Of a stretch of 64,000 nucleotides of DNA, positions 47,716 through 61,627 are shown piece after piece. Below the pieces are notes generated by a model that was given only the letters and a program-made list of their open reading frames with translations, ran no database searches and was not told where the DNA came from. How positions within the stretch are numbered: position 1 is the stretch's first letter; every line of letters begins with the position of its first letter. Source of the DNA: Magallana gigas (lineage: Eukaryota); NCBI RefSeq assembly GCF_963853765.1, contig NC_088856.1:6696001-6760000 (forward strand), given 5' to 3'. Both the position numbers and the translations under genes were made by a program.

Positions 47716-49320
47716 CTAAAGGGGAATAACTCTGAAAAGTCAATTGATATTCATTGTCAGCAGCCACTTTGTTTTATTTTTTAATTCCAAATAATTGTAT
47801 ACACTTTGTTTCTAATAAAATTAAAGTTGTTTATCCTTAAATTTTCTAAAGTAGTTGTCAAATAGTATATACAGTGTATATTTTATTGCCGTATACAGAA
47901 AAAAGACTTCAAAGTCTAATGCTTTCAATTTTTTGTTTTGTTAATCAGTACTGGAGTGTAGCTTTTTTACTTAAATAGTTAACATAAATGTCACACATTA
48001 GGATAAGAAAAAATTATAAAATACTGACCATAAATTCTGTATTTAAGATAAAGATGTACCATAGCCATTTTTCGTGGGTAATGTACACGTACATATTAAA
48101 ACAAGATACAACAGGAAAAGTACTGGAACTTAGTACACTAGTGACCAGTGCCTTACAAAGATAATTGTACAGAAGTGACCAAAAAAAATTGTCTTAAAAT
48201 CGATTAAATTGTAACATCAATAATTACAGACTCTTTCACTTTCTACATTTTCATTTGACAGCCTTTTCAACCCAATGCAATCACTCCATAATAAATTCTT
48301 AACACATTTTTGCAAATAGAAATCAGCCTCTTATACAAAGGTTATAGATTCAGGTTCTGTATATTCCTTATTTTACGCGAGTACATAATTCCGCAATTCA
48401 ACGGTTTCATTAAATCGCGAATGCAGAATTTTTCTCAGAATTTCTTTTAGTTAAATCAAGATTTTAGAATCCGCGAGATGAAGGTTCTCACTATTTTACT
48501 CGAATATTAATTCCTTGCTTTTAATTATAAATTTACAGTATATTTAAAGATTGACATCCTTGTTATGCACTATAGATGAAGCAACAACCACAAGAACAAA
48601 GATTCTTTAGACTTAGATCTAGAAGCTTCATAGTATAACACTTGATTGTGATATTAACATTTATATAGAAATATCCAGCAGATCAAATTTCATTTTACTT
48701 TATATTACAGTTGTAAATCTACCTAACACCCTTTATCTTAATCTGTATAGGAATTTGCAAATCCAAGCGAATGTGTTGTTGAAACAAAATGTACAATGAA
48801 TAAACATTCTTTTTATGTACCAGTACACACTTTCACACGTCAAAAAAAAACTATAACATTCATACTACTGCATGTAATATAAAATAAATATATACATGTA
48901 TTACAGACATACAGATAACGGTATGTGATCATGCACAAACATACCAAGTTATTTCACAAATCACAACTTGTCAACTTTGTAGGTACTTGATGTATTATAT
49001 ACATACTGTATGTACATTGAATACCTGAAAACATTTTGTACTCGCACATATTTATACACATTTTACACTGACACCTTTCTCTTTGGCAATCTCAACTAAC
49101 TACAGTACATCACTAACTTTTCTTCCATGACAAGCTACTACATTTACTGCAGTTTATACAGAATGTACAATGCAATAAATATTTAATGTACACTGCTGTA
49201 AATATTTGATTTAAAAGTAGAACACAGCTATTAAGCAACTTCTCACAACAGAAGGAAATAAGTCAATATCTTCACATTAATGATGAAGTCTTTAAATTTT
49301 CACATGTTTCAGAAGCGGTA

Positions 49321-50121
49321 CTACCCTGGACCTGAATAAGGTGCCTCACATATAACAACAGGGAAATCCACATGGAGCCTTGGAATGCGAAGTTTAACCT
49401 CTCCCTGGAGAAAAAAAAAACAACAATAACAAAATTAACAAAAGACAGAGTAACTGAACGAAGAAACTATAAAAACACAAATGAACAGATAAATTGAAAC
49501 ATTTTGTTTGTTTGAATACAGTGGATAAACAATAGCAGTTGGGAGTCCAAATCCCCGTTTCTTTATGCATGTACCTTTGCAATGTAATCTCCGATCAGAA
49601 GGTTTTTTAATTGGTCTTGCGTATGATATAGATATATGTAAATTTGACTGTATGACATCAAAGTTAAATTGCTTATAAATATTTCTGTAATTAATTAAAA
49701 TAGGTAGAACTGACCTCTGGTGTCAGATTTCGCCAGTGTTGTTCCATTATAGAATGGCCACCTATATCTCTTTCTTCATAGAATTCATGGGCAAGGTCTC
49801 CATCTTCATCATAAAACCTTGATCTGCAGAAAATAATTGTAAATAAACGATATTAGAATACAAGTAACTATATTATTTCAAATAAAATAACAATCTTTTA
49901 AATAAGCAAACAATTTTGTGCCTGTATATGCAATCTGGTCAAAAAATGATATAAAGATAAATTATGTGAATTCCAAGGTACCCTTTCTTAGTGTATATAA
50001 ATGGCGTTATCGCTAATGCTGATGAGTGGTGTGCTCCATCCTTGTCATCACCCGTTGCACCAAACATTGATGATACTGACTGTGACACTTTTCGTGCCAT
50101 GGATGATGTTTTCTGTCCCAT
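49321..50121 (-). CDS. TUSC2: Tumor suppressor candidate 2 (Fus1), exons 50121-49982, 49823-49715, 49404-49321 (110 aa)
   Basis: MG myristoylation start, TPFIYTKKG|SRFYDEDGDLAHEFYEE, NLTPE|GEVKLRIPRLHVDFPVVICE; matches the TUSC2 signature; phases are consistent. Confidence 0.93.
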
Positions 50122-50494
50122 TTTGTTGCATTTTAGGACCAAGAACTTATAACATGACTTTGATCACCATTTTACCGGAAATGATGTTATTCACACTAAA
50201 AAGAGAATGGTATCAATTTTCATTCCGGAAAGGTTCGTGTTTTGAACATTTCAAAACTGGAATTTTATCGAACAGCCAAAAAATAGTTTCTGTTCTAAGA
50301 AAGTTAATAAAGTACTTCATAAAGTGTAGAACAACTGTATAAAGGGTAGAATAAATACAAAGTTAAGTGACATAAACGTTGATTATATTGCATTATCGGT
50401 TACAATACTATTTAGTTAAGGACTGCTCCCTTTTATTGGTAGCAACAACCAATAGGAAAGGCGCACTTATAAAACAACAACAAAGTGAAGCACG
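50122..50494. promoter_or_regulatory. Candidate bidirectional promoter between TUSC2 and the Dpy-30-motif gene
   Basis: Only 373 bp between divergent start codons; CCAAT (~50449) and TATAAAA (~50468) on the + strand. Confidence 0.45.
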
Positions 50495-53400
50495 ATGGAT
50501 AAAGTAAAAGAAGGTATGTTATATTAATGGTGTCCTCGGTTTATATATCAAGTTAACGACACTGAGCGCACACCGTATCTCTTTGCAAGCGTACGTGTTT
50601 ATCATAAACCAACAGATGTCAAAGCTGTGCACTAAATGCTCACATTGAAACATGCGATCATCTAGCTACCTGAATTGTCGAATTTTTTGTTAACTTGAGG
50701 GAAATAGTGTGTAACCTTGCGTATACTATTGGAATAATCCGGGTCCCCTGCGTTACAAATCCGACGAGCACTCTAGAACATCGGTCGATCATCGGCAAAG
50801 TGTTGGTTAAAATCCATCGGACCCGGGTTCAAACCCTACTGCCCATGCAAAGAAAATATATCAATGTAAAGTAGAGAAAAGTCCTTTATGATTTAAACTT
50901 ATGCACTATGTAGGAACGCTTTTATTATTACATTCCACAAAACATATATATATATAGAGGGAGTGCATATCTAATGTACAAAGTTGGTGAATTGTCATCC
51001 ATTGTTCTAAGCAGCAAGTGCCCGTTTTGGTCTTGGCTTATGGGCTTAAATTTTCCTTGTAATTTTTTAATATGTCAGACCATAAACGCGAAGCTAATAT
51101 AAACACCATATGAAATTCACTGCGTACAATTTTAATGATTTAAGTCTTGGGTACAAGAATACAATGCGAAACAAAGCTAACCTAAAGAAACGAAACAATC
51201 GAAACGAAAAAAAATAAACTATTACAGAGATTTTGAGACAGCAGTTGCACATATGTTTTGAAAATAACGTATCCATGCTAAAGGTATGCCAGAGGGGTAT
51301 TTCATGACATGTACAGATTTGGAAAAAGAGTGCATGATTTTGCTAACTTATTATACAGGTGTGGAATATTTGTTAAATTCATTATCTATAAGTGTGAGCA
51401 AAACTACAGTATGACAAAAATAGTGTTACTGTAGTAAAAAATTAAATCAGGCATTAAATAATAAATGCATTTTATTGGCAATTAAATTAAAAATAAACAG
51501 AATTTCCCAATTTTAGGATTCTTGCAAATGCCGCTTTCGATCTGCCTTTGTCTGAAAGCAACCACATTATAATTTAGATCATGCCCAAGAGCATGTGCAC
51601 TAATACTTTATTTTGAATTAATAGGGGGGAAAAGTACTAGTATTTGAGAAATCGGTTTAAAATCAAAATGTTGAAGTTCCTGCACTTTCATAGAATATCC
51701 AATTTAAATGCAATCAGTTTTAACTATTGAATCATCTACGATAAGACTTCGATATGATCTCCATAATTACTTGTATATGATTCAAGTACATTTACAGTTT
51801 TTAAATACATGCATCTATATGATTTTGTTTTTACATGTGCAATCTATAGTATATCTTGTACATCTGCATAATTGAACAAGTTTATTCTCTATTAATATGC
51901 GGATTATTTTTTTGTAAGAAACGGTTAACAATTTATGTCCCTGTCCGGTGTAATTCAGAAGAGTGTACTTTTGTACAGATCTGGGTTTATGAACTTTATC
52001 TTGTATATTTTTAACGCTGTCAAATGTTCGAAGCCCAAATTTATCTATTTTTTATTTTTTTGAAATACACATAATTACACCAGCACAAACCAGTACAAAC
52101 ACACTAACTCGTACTCACGCATATCTGTTTTGATAACTATTTGCAAAATCTATATTCATGTAATTACATGCCTTTTATTATAATGCTAAGCAGTGGTTAC
52201 TTGCCTCAAAAACAAAATATAAGATAATAATAGTAAGGAAAAGATATTATAGTTGTAATATTAATGCTGTAAAAAGGAGAGAAAAAAAGATATCAGTCAA
52301 ACTTTTCAAACAACCCATTTATTTATAGCATGGAGGCTCTAATGTTGATTACATGTACTCGAAAAGCTAGTCCTAACCCCAGATTGGCTAGCGGAGATGG
52401 AATTTGAATTGATTTGGTAAACATAGTAAATATTTGTCCTTCTGTACCGGATCTAAACCCGCTCACACACACTTTGTCCTTGGGTTACGGTCTTGTTTTA
52501 TAATTTACATTTTCCCATACAAGACCAGCAGCAGTACGTTTAGCAACAACAAATATGTACGCGTAGAACGTACCGTTATTTTCGTAGTTTGATTGATCAG
52601 AGTGGTGTAACAATACATCGATATATCGCGATATGCATCGATGTATCGTGATACAGAAGTAGTCGATATGATACATCGGTACATTAAACGAAGAACCGAT
52701 ATATATATTTCGATACTACCCAGGGTTGTGAAAGTGTAAAGATGTGTGTGTTGGTTTTAAAATTATTACATTCAAATAAACATTTAGATAAACAATAACC
52801 CGATTTTCGTATGTAAAAAGTAATTTTGTTTTGCTTTAATCATGGTTAGAAAGTATTTAAAAAAATGAATACATGCACGTTTAGAAATGTGAAAAAATTG
52901 TCAAAATTTATATTTTTTTTTAAAAATATGCATATAAAAAAAACACTATTTAACAATTTGATAAATTCTGATAAATCGATATTCTATTTTCTCAAAATTA
53001 ATGATATATGACGATATTTCCTTTTCCTTCACAATAGTGTTGTTCACTGTATAAAATTGTACATGTACATTATGAATTTAAGTCGTGGGTTAATGATCAA
53101 TGTTATATGTATAGCTACGCATTGCATTGTCTGACTGTCTTGTCATCCAGAGGCGGAGCGCTACAGTGAGTACGTCCGGGAGAAACTGGGGGACATCCTG
53201 TCGTCTGCTGTGGCGGATGTTGCGGCTGCGCGACCCGAGGATCCCATTGACTTCCTGGCCCACCGACTGTACACCACCAGGGTGAGTACTAAGTAGTAGA
53301 GAATTCTCTAGCAGGACGGAATAGGAATGATAAAGCAGTCAGTTATACCACCCCCCAGTCACGGATCGTGTTATCTGGTTAGTAGATCGCATTGTGTTTT

Positions 53401-54710
53401 ACAGATTTTACTTTTTTTCAGGAGATTGATTGTAAAAAAAAATTCTATTATAATTATGTGTATGTCAAGTTTACTATGCTTAAAGCCCTTTTTAGGGGAA
53501 AAGGTGTTCTTGAACAGCACGTGCTAGTTAGAAAAATTAAATACTGCACCGTTGTGTATTTTGTTGATGACACAATTTTGAAAAATAATATACTTTTTGC
53601 AAAACGAGGAATTAAAAAAGAATTGTTTACTTACATGCAACTTTTTGCCGGTTTTTTTTCCTTTCTTTTTTCTGGTCATATTTTTCGTGTGGGAAATTAT
53701 TTTCTTCAACTTTTATAAAGATAAAGGTTGCGAAAGCGGGAAAGTTAAACAATTTTCATTGCCCTTATATACAGGAAATCTTCATATAGACCTTAAATAG
53801 TTAACTGTTTTATAAGTGATGTAGATTGGACCGTTGAATTCAGTGGGTATTTTTAGATACTGACGTACTGTTTTGACATCGTACATATATACATGTATTT
53901 GATGTCTTTTATTTAACGGTTTTTACTACTCATATATGTACATAGTTTCAATACATTTACTTATACTTTAATATGATTTAGATATTCCTGCAAGCATGAC
54001 TCGTTTTACAAACCTTTATTTTAACCTAACCTGTTAACTCTTCGTCCCCGATACACAACAAAAATAGTTATACATTAATTATTCCCGTAAACGAATTACG
54101 CAATAAGAGGAAATACCAATACAGGTTTCTTGCTTCGTCACAGAGACAACACATGGTCACGTGTTCAACAGGAACAGTCACGTGTTCATCAGGACCAGGA
54201 CCGGTCCCCACGAGACCTACTTTCGGAATTGCTACCCTCAGGCCGCGACAGAGTCATGGCAACCGGGCTACAAGGTCAAGGTTAACGCGATACAGACCGG
54301 AAAATGAGATGTCTCAAATACATGTTAAAAATGTCAAGAAAACGGAAAAGGCAACAACGAAGGATGCATCCGGAAACAGCTCCTCTGAGCTGGAAGCAAG
54401 TGTCTTAAAGAAACTGGGACTCAATGAAAATGGACAGTTGCCAACAGCAACTCAACAAAATCAAAAGGAAAATAAATTCTATGGAGGAAGCTTAGGAACA
54501 ACAAGAGTAGTGAATTTGCCTGGTGATCACGTGCTACAAGATGCTACATCATCAAGTAGCAGACGCAATGTGTTTGCAGCAGACGATGAAGGGTTTGAGG
54601 AGACAGTGTCTTATGGTTCTATGACAAAGCCAGTGTTTGTCCACTTGTGTCTTAAAAATAATTTAAGCGGCCTTCACTGTGATTTGTTTGATGATTACGA
54701 TTTGACCTGA
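50495..54710 (+). CDS. Uncharacterised protein with an N-terminal Dpy-30/RIIa-like docking motif, predicted exons 50495-50513, 53151-53281, 54144-54710 (238 aa)
   Basis: GC-rich exon 53151-53281 (ccag|...|gtgagt) encodes YVREKLGDILSSAVADVAAARPEDPIDFLAHRL. Upstream ATG GAT AAA GTA AAA GAA G|gtatgt supplies phase 1. Downstream tcacag|AGA CAA CAC ATG joins ORF 54153-54710. The flanking exons are inferred from phase only. Confidence 0.65.
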
Positions 54711-56717
54711 TCTTTGTTGAAGTACCTGAAAGCAAATATTGGAATAGCTACATGTATTTACCTACGTAAACTTGTTGGTGTGCCAAGCAAAGAATTTATA
54801 CGCGTGAAATATATACATGTGTACATTTAATTTGTTAAACAGTTTTATAAAAAGATAAACTATTTATTTAAAGAATGTGTTTTTGCTTACTGGTATATAG
54901 GTTGAACGTTTAGATATTGACTTTTACTAGTTGACAATTATACTGAATACTGATTCCAGGTATACATTTTCTTTTGTTGATATACAGCATATTTATAAAT
55001 AAGTAAGTAAGTTATTTATTTATTTATTTATTTATTTATAATGACGTGTATAAAATTTCAAATTGAAAATGAACAGTAATAAGCATAAATTTAACACCTG
55101 TCCCGTCGGGCCTATATGCCACTTTAAACACACACGTTATAGATGAAAGAAAAAGAAAATAACACAGCACCAAGAGCTAAACAAAGATATGATTAAAAAT
55201 ATACATACGCGAATTTAAAGACTCCATCATATATGTTGACATTTTATTTATCAATTGTCTTGGAAATCATCGAGAAAAAAATGAAGAAAAGAAGAATGGG
55301 AATTAATCTCTATAATGAAAATTTAACTGGACAGAAGTGTTATGTATATACGTGAAAAGATTTTCAACTTTTCTTTCATAACAATGCACCCGTATATCAA
55401 CAATTGAAATACAGTTATTGTTGAATTTTGGTGTAATCTTCATGCAGAAGCATAAAATAAATGCGATACATGCATGCATTCTTTACAATCTATTTAAAAT
55501 AAGACTTGTTAAAACCTCTCCTCATCGAATATCTCAATACTTGTATTAGGCCTTTGCTGCGTGTCGTAGGGAAGAAGTTTTACAAGTCTTAATTAATTTT
55601 AATAATTTGTAGATACCTGTCTTTACCAGTATAGATCAAATACATTTATAATGTAAAAAAGAAATGAATTAACCCAAAATTATTCAGTCTAGCTTTCATA
55701 GTGTGAAATACCAATGAAAAAGATAAAAACATTTTACATTTCTGTTATTAAAATTGCCCTACGGTATGTAATAACTTTAAGTTGCTTAAATTGTTGTAAT
55801 TTAAAAAATATTTCGGGAGATTGATAATCCTTTGAATTCATAAATTCTCCCCCTCCATGATTAGAAATGACAAAATATTTGTAAATAAAATGTTTAAATA
55901 TTAGCATCCCCTTTTCAAAATCAGTATCGTACCATAACTCTCGATCTCGCAGTAAAACTATATTTTGAGATTACCCCTAATTTGCAAAAATAATGACAAC
56001 TCCCTGAATAATTACTCTTCTGTGAAAGGAGGTTTAGCATGGATTGGTGAAAAGGTACGTACTCCAGGTATAAACAGGTAAAAAATAAAGAGAAAATAAC
56101 ACAGATTAGTCTCTTTGTTGGGAGATTTAAATAAAGATTCAGAGAACTATTTTGATTTGAATTAGCGTGACTTCTCTCGCCACGAAATTAAATCTATAAA
56201 GGGATTTTCAGTTATCCCTTCACATTCCCAGAATTTGATACTTGCAAAATACCTGTCAAAGACGCATATTATTTTATGTCAATTTCTTCTGTAAGACTAG
56301 GGACTTATTGTATCGGTCTTTCTGTGAGTATTTCTTGTAAAATGAAAATCTTTGAGAAATTTCATTTCAGCAATTGTTTTTAAAGAACTGAAACTTGATA
56401 CATTAATTTGCAATACCAAATAAACAATCGCAATGTTTCGTAACCAAGCTCTGTCTTTACTTCTGGAGAAGCACGTTTATAGTATTTACATTAATTTATG
56501 AGACTCAAAACATATCATAACTTTCATCAATAATTGGTAATTGGATGTTTCACTGCTAGGTTTATAATGAAAAATGACAATAACAAACTGTCAAGAATCT
56601 CAAAAATCCATAAAACGAAATACAAATTCTAAACAGAGCAACACGGACCACTAAAAAGATAGATGCCTAGAAGGAGTAAGCATTTCCTGCTGATAAATAT
56701 GCGATAAAATTTACTCC

Positions 56718-57519
56718 ATACTGGCACTGTACCAGTTATCGGCTAAAATTTAATGTTTTCTTTTCGTATTTTCTTATTTCTTGATATTTTTGGTAAAAAA
56801 TTGCCATACTTTAAATAATGAACTCCTTATTTATCAATCTGTTAGTTTATATAATTTTTTAGAACCGCAAACATCTTGTTTTGTGATTTTTATCAGGGCC
56901 CGAATTTGCCGAGTTTTTACGATCTACTATACCAGTTATCGGCTTCGTGATAATAACATAGTAAAATCCCTGTACATTTTGATTTTGTACTCTGCTAAAT
57001 GAAATTTGAATTATGTCCCTTGTGGGGTCAGACTAAAGTAGTCGGGGTTGTGATACATTATAAACAAAACTCATAAAATTATTCGTTTATTATCATACGG
57101 TAATTCACCAAATTGTACACTAATCAATAAATAATTGTGCAATCAGGCGTTCAACTGCGCTACGAATCTCTCAGAAAGTAATGAATTCCTTTTGTTTATA
57201 CATGTTATATGTATTGATATTATATGTCAAATCAAAGAAGGGATATAATAACGTATCACAAAGAGGTAATATTCTATTTTTAACTTATTACGTCATTTTC
57301 CCCACTGCTGAAAGTGCAAAGATGTAAAATCAGCGGTAAACAATGATTGTTTAAGCTCGTGTATAAAACATATTCAAGAAAGTTTTCAAGCAAACCTACT
57401 TTTCTTTATTCGAAAAAGACGACTGAATTAAAATATCTTGGATTGTCCCGTGCTATAAACCCGAACTCTCAGTTTAGCCGATAACTGGTCTTAGCCGATA
57501 ACTGGTACAGTACCAGTAT
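56718..57519. mobile_element. Non-autonomous TIR element
   Basis: ATACTGGCACTGTACCAGTTATCGGCTAA / TTAGCCGATAACTGGTACAGTACCAGTAT. Confidence 0.75.
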
Positions 57520-58789
57520 AGCCTAATACAACTGTAATAATAACACTGTCAGATATTTACAATAACAAATCATATGCCTTTATTTTATTTTCCTTGGTCC
57601 AGTAAGCAACTTGTTTGGATGCTGCTTACGTCACTAAGATAACAGACAATAACGGCAAGCCTAAGCCATATTATAGCTTTGAAAGTTAACTGTCATAGTG
57701 AGGGAGAATTATATAGAACATACACTGGCCTGTTTTCTTTTCATTTGAAAGCAATAATTGTAGCTGTTCATTGAAAAAAGGTAATTCACTAAATTTGGAG
57801 TAAGGTACATTGTGTTATTATCATAGTAAGGTGTAAACTTTATGACATAAAAAGTACATGCTTGTGTAATGTCTTTATGCGCATGGTACAAGATGAGATA
57901 AAAGAGGTTTAATATAACTAATTTAAGGATCATAAATAAAAAAAAAAACCCTCAAAAACAAAAATAAGATGGACAGTGTGACAATGACGTGTATATAAAC
58001 TGTCTTACAACCAAATTAAAAGATGTTCTGAATCAGGTACTAAAACATGAACTGCTTCTCCATTGAAAAAAAAGCACCTCATTCAGAATATTTTGTCTTA
58101 ATCAGGTTTATATTCTAAATCAAGGAACCTTTCTTGCATTGTAATATCTTCTGATTCATAGGAAGAAAGGGAGATGAGATGGGCTTAGTGGCTGGCACTG
58201 TGTTTCTGGAATAATGATTTGGTCTGTTAATTTACTATATTCATGCAGTACAAAAGATACATAAAGATTTTGATAAAGCCTTTGCTATTTGTTGAAATGA
58301 TAGGAAAGTGTGCTGTGTTAGTTTTTTTTTTATTGATTATACTGAATTGCTACATTGGAGTAAGTATTATTGTAAGTAATTATATCATATTATTGAACTC
58401 ACTCAGTACAGGAAAACATATTAAATACAATCTGGTTTATTCACCAAGGCAGGCAAATGGTTAGATCAATTAGATATTTGTTTAATGACACAACAAGCAG
58501 CTTTGTTCAACTTACACTACACAGAACAAATATTTATTGTGATATTGATTTAATTCCATGATTTTGATTTTGCTCATTGAACCAAACTTACCAGGAAATC
58601 AATGAAAAAACCCTCAGATAAACTTTAAGTAATTTAGTCATTATCTGCCCAATGATCAATAGAAGAAATTTTCATGTTTGATTACAGAGTAGAAATTGTT
58701 TACCTCATGTTTGTGTGTTTGAATGCACTTTAGATTCCGTCTGCACTTCCTTATACAATGTATGTTGTGATCAATGTGTATACAGAACA

Positions 58790-60522
58790 GTTAAGTGTTC
58801 ATCAGATATGACTACAATGTAGTTGAGTCTTCCTAAAGTATGACTACAATACAGTTAAGCGTTCATCAGATGTGACTACAATGCAATGTAGTTGAGTCTT
58901 CCTAAAGTATGACTACAATACAGTTAAGCGTTCATCAGATGTGACTACAATGTAGTTGAGTCTTGCTAAAGTGTGACTGAAATACAGTTAAGTGTTCATC
59001 AAATGTGAATATGATACAGTTATTGTTCATCAGTGGGACTACAATACAATTAAGTGTCCATAAGTTTGAGTACATTACAGTTAGTTGTTTATCAATGTAA
59101 CTACATTCCAGTAATATTTGTTCATTATTGGGACTACATTACAGTAAGTTGTTCATCTGACTATGTTACAGCTAGTTGTTCATCAATATGACTACATTAC
59201 AGTTAGTTGTTAATTTTTGTGACTACATTACAGTAAGTTGTTCATCATTATGACTATGTTACAGTCAGTTGTTTATGTGTTGGACTACATTACAGTTAGT
59301 TGTTCATCAATATGACTACATTACAGTTAGTTGTTCATCATTATGACTACATTACAGTTAGTTGTTCATCAATATGACTACATTACAGTTAGCTATTCAT
59401 CAATATGACTACATTACAGTTAGTTGTTCATCAATATGACTACATTACAGTTAGTTGTTCATCAATATGACTACATTACAGTTAGTTGTTCATCAATATG
59501 ACTGAATTACAGTTAGTTGTTCATCAATATGACTACATTACAGTTAGTTGTACATCAATATGACTACATTACAGTTAGTTGTTCATCAATATGACTACAT
59601 TACAGTTAGTTGTTCATCAATATGACTACATTACAGTTAGTTGTTCATCAATATGACTACATTACAGTTAGTTGTTCATCAATATGACTACATTACAGTT
59701 AGTTGTTCATCAATATGACTACATTACAGTTAGTTGTTCATCAATATGACTACATTACAGTTAGTTGTACATCAATATGACTACATTACAGTTAGTTGTT
59801 CATCAATATGACTGAATTACAGTTAGTTGTTCATCAATATGACTGAATTACAGTTAGTTGTTCATCAATATGACTACATTACAGTTAGTTGTTCATCAAT
59901 ATGACTACATTACAGTTAGTTGTTCATCAATATGACTACATTACAGTTAGTTGTTCATCAATATGACTACATTACAGTTAGTTGTTCATCAATATGACTA
60001 CATTACAGTTAGTTGTTCATCAATATGACTACATTACAGTTAGTTGTTCATCAATATGACTACATTACAGTTAGTTGTTCATCAATATGACTGAATTACA
60101 GTTAGTTGTTCATCAATATGACTGAATTACAGTTAGTTGTTCATCAATATGACTACATTACAGTTAGTTGTTCATCAATATGACTACATTACAGTTAGTT
60201 GTTCATCAATATGACTACATTACAGTTAGTTGTTCATCAATATGACTACATTACAGTTAGTTGTTCATCAATATGACTACATTACAGTTAGTTGTTCATC
60301 AATATGACTACATTACAGTTAGTTGTTCATCAATATGACTACATTACAGTTAGTTGTTCATCAATATGACTACATTACAGTTAGTTGTTCATCAATATGA
60401 CTACATTACAGTTAGCTATTCATCAATATGACTACATTACAGTTAGTTGTTCATCAATATGACTACATTATAGTTAGTTGTTCATCAATATGACTACATT
60501 ACAGTTAGTTGTTCATCAATAT
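58790..60522 (+). repeat. 31-bp minisatellite; homogeneous from ~59280 (about 40 units), increasingly degenerate leftwards
   Basis: Unit ACATTACAGTTAGTTGTTCATCAATATGACT. Confidence 0.95.
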
Positions 60523-61627
60523 GGGGTGTGGAACAAGCAGTCAAACAGTAGAGAGCCCCAAGGGAGCGGGGTCAGGGCACCAAACCAGGAGAACCAGCAA
60601 CACCCAAGGCCATGCTGATGGTATTGTGGCAGAAAATCCAACAGTACAAAATACGGGACAAGCAAGTACAACAAAGCAAGAAGAAAGACAAAGTGGAATA
60701 TCAGAAAAAGAAGCAATACCGTCCTCCTCCAGGGAAAACTCACAGTTGTCTGTAAAAAGCAATGGTGTAATTAAAGAGGAAACTAAGGATCAGGTGTCTA
60801 TAAAATCTAGTAGTTTGTCAAATGGCAAAGAAGACAAACAAGAGAGTGATCTGTCTGAAGAAAAGGCTCAAGATGGGAAGAAGGAAGAAAATGTAGAGGA
60901 AAATGAGAATCTGCAAATAGCTATGGAAGAGAGACCATTATCTGGAGCTGATGGTATGTCTGATGTCAAAGAAAGGGAATCAAGGGAAGAGGAAACCAAA
61001 GAAGCTGATATAAAGGAAGAAAATAGGATGGAAGATGAGAATCCACAGTTGATGAATGAGGACAGACCATTGTCTGCAGAAGAGAGTAAAGTCAATGCTG
61101 ATGACTCTTCTAACATTGAACCAATCACAAAAGAGGATTCACAGCTGTCAATCATGTCTGCTTTCAGTGGAGCATCCAATGGTGTCATTTCTATGACAGA
61201 GGATGATAAAATAACAGCAGAAGAATCCGCAGCTTTGGTTGCTAACGTGATACAGATGGCAAATGAAAACGTTCAACAACTGGAGGAAATGGAGGAAGAA
61301 AATGACAGCAGCCTTAATGAGGGGTCAGTTCAAAGTGTGAAAGATGAAGAGTGGGCGTCATCGTCATCATTGAACGAAGATAAAGAAGATAAGGCAGAAA
61401 CGACTTCTAAACCACGGACCGCAGGACAGGTTTCACTTCATGAAAAATCAAAGGGAGAGAAGCAGGTTAGACTGTTGGACAGTAAGATGGGAATCGTTCA
61501 TCTCACTGACCCACAAACAGAAAAACAAAATTCAGAAACTTCATTAGGGATGCTAACTTTTAGAAAAAAAATAAATTCACTGACACTGTCATTGGCAAAT
61601 GTAATAGTTAATAGCACATTGATTTAG
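60521..61627 (+). CDS. Acidic low-complexity ORF starting MGCGTSS (predicted myristoylation plus palmitoylation); may be the first coding exon of a longer gene
   Basis: 368-codon open frame rich in E/D/S/K; MGCGxS start; the last ~30 codons look intron-like, so the true 3' boundary is uncertain. Confidence 0.6.
   Translation: MGCGTSSQTVESPKGAGSGHQTRRTSNTQGHADGIVAENPTVQNTGQASTTKQEERQSGISEKEAIPSSSRENSQLSVKSNGVIKEETKDQVSIKSSSLSNGKEDKQESDLSEEKAQDGKKEENVEENENLQIAMEERPLSGADGMSDVKERESREEETKEADIKEENRMEDENPQLMNEDRPLSAEESKVNADDSSNIEPITKEDSQLSIMSAFSGASNGVISMTEDDKITAEESAALVANVIQMANENVQQLEEMEEENDSSLNEGSVQSVKDEEWASSSSLNEDKEDKAETTSKPRTAGQVSLHEKSKGEKQVRLLDSKMGIVHLTDPQTEKQNSETSLGMLTFRKKINSLTLSLANVIVNSTLI

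Noticed and set aside
50800-50845. tRNA/SINE-like fragment with a GGTTCAAA B box
   Set aside because: No A box or cloverleaf; too short to call.
53327-53800. Several overlapping AT-rich ORFs
   Set aside because: Low-complexity intronic sequence with no motif or splice support.
58790-60522. CRISPR-like array of ~31-bp repeats
   Set aside because: No unique spacers and no cas genes; eukaryotic context; it is a head-to-tail minisatellite.
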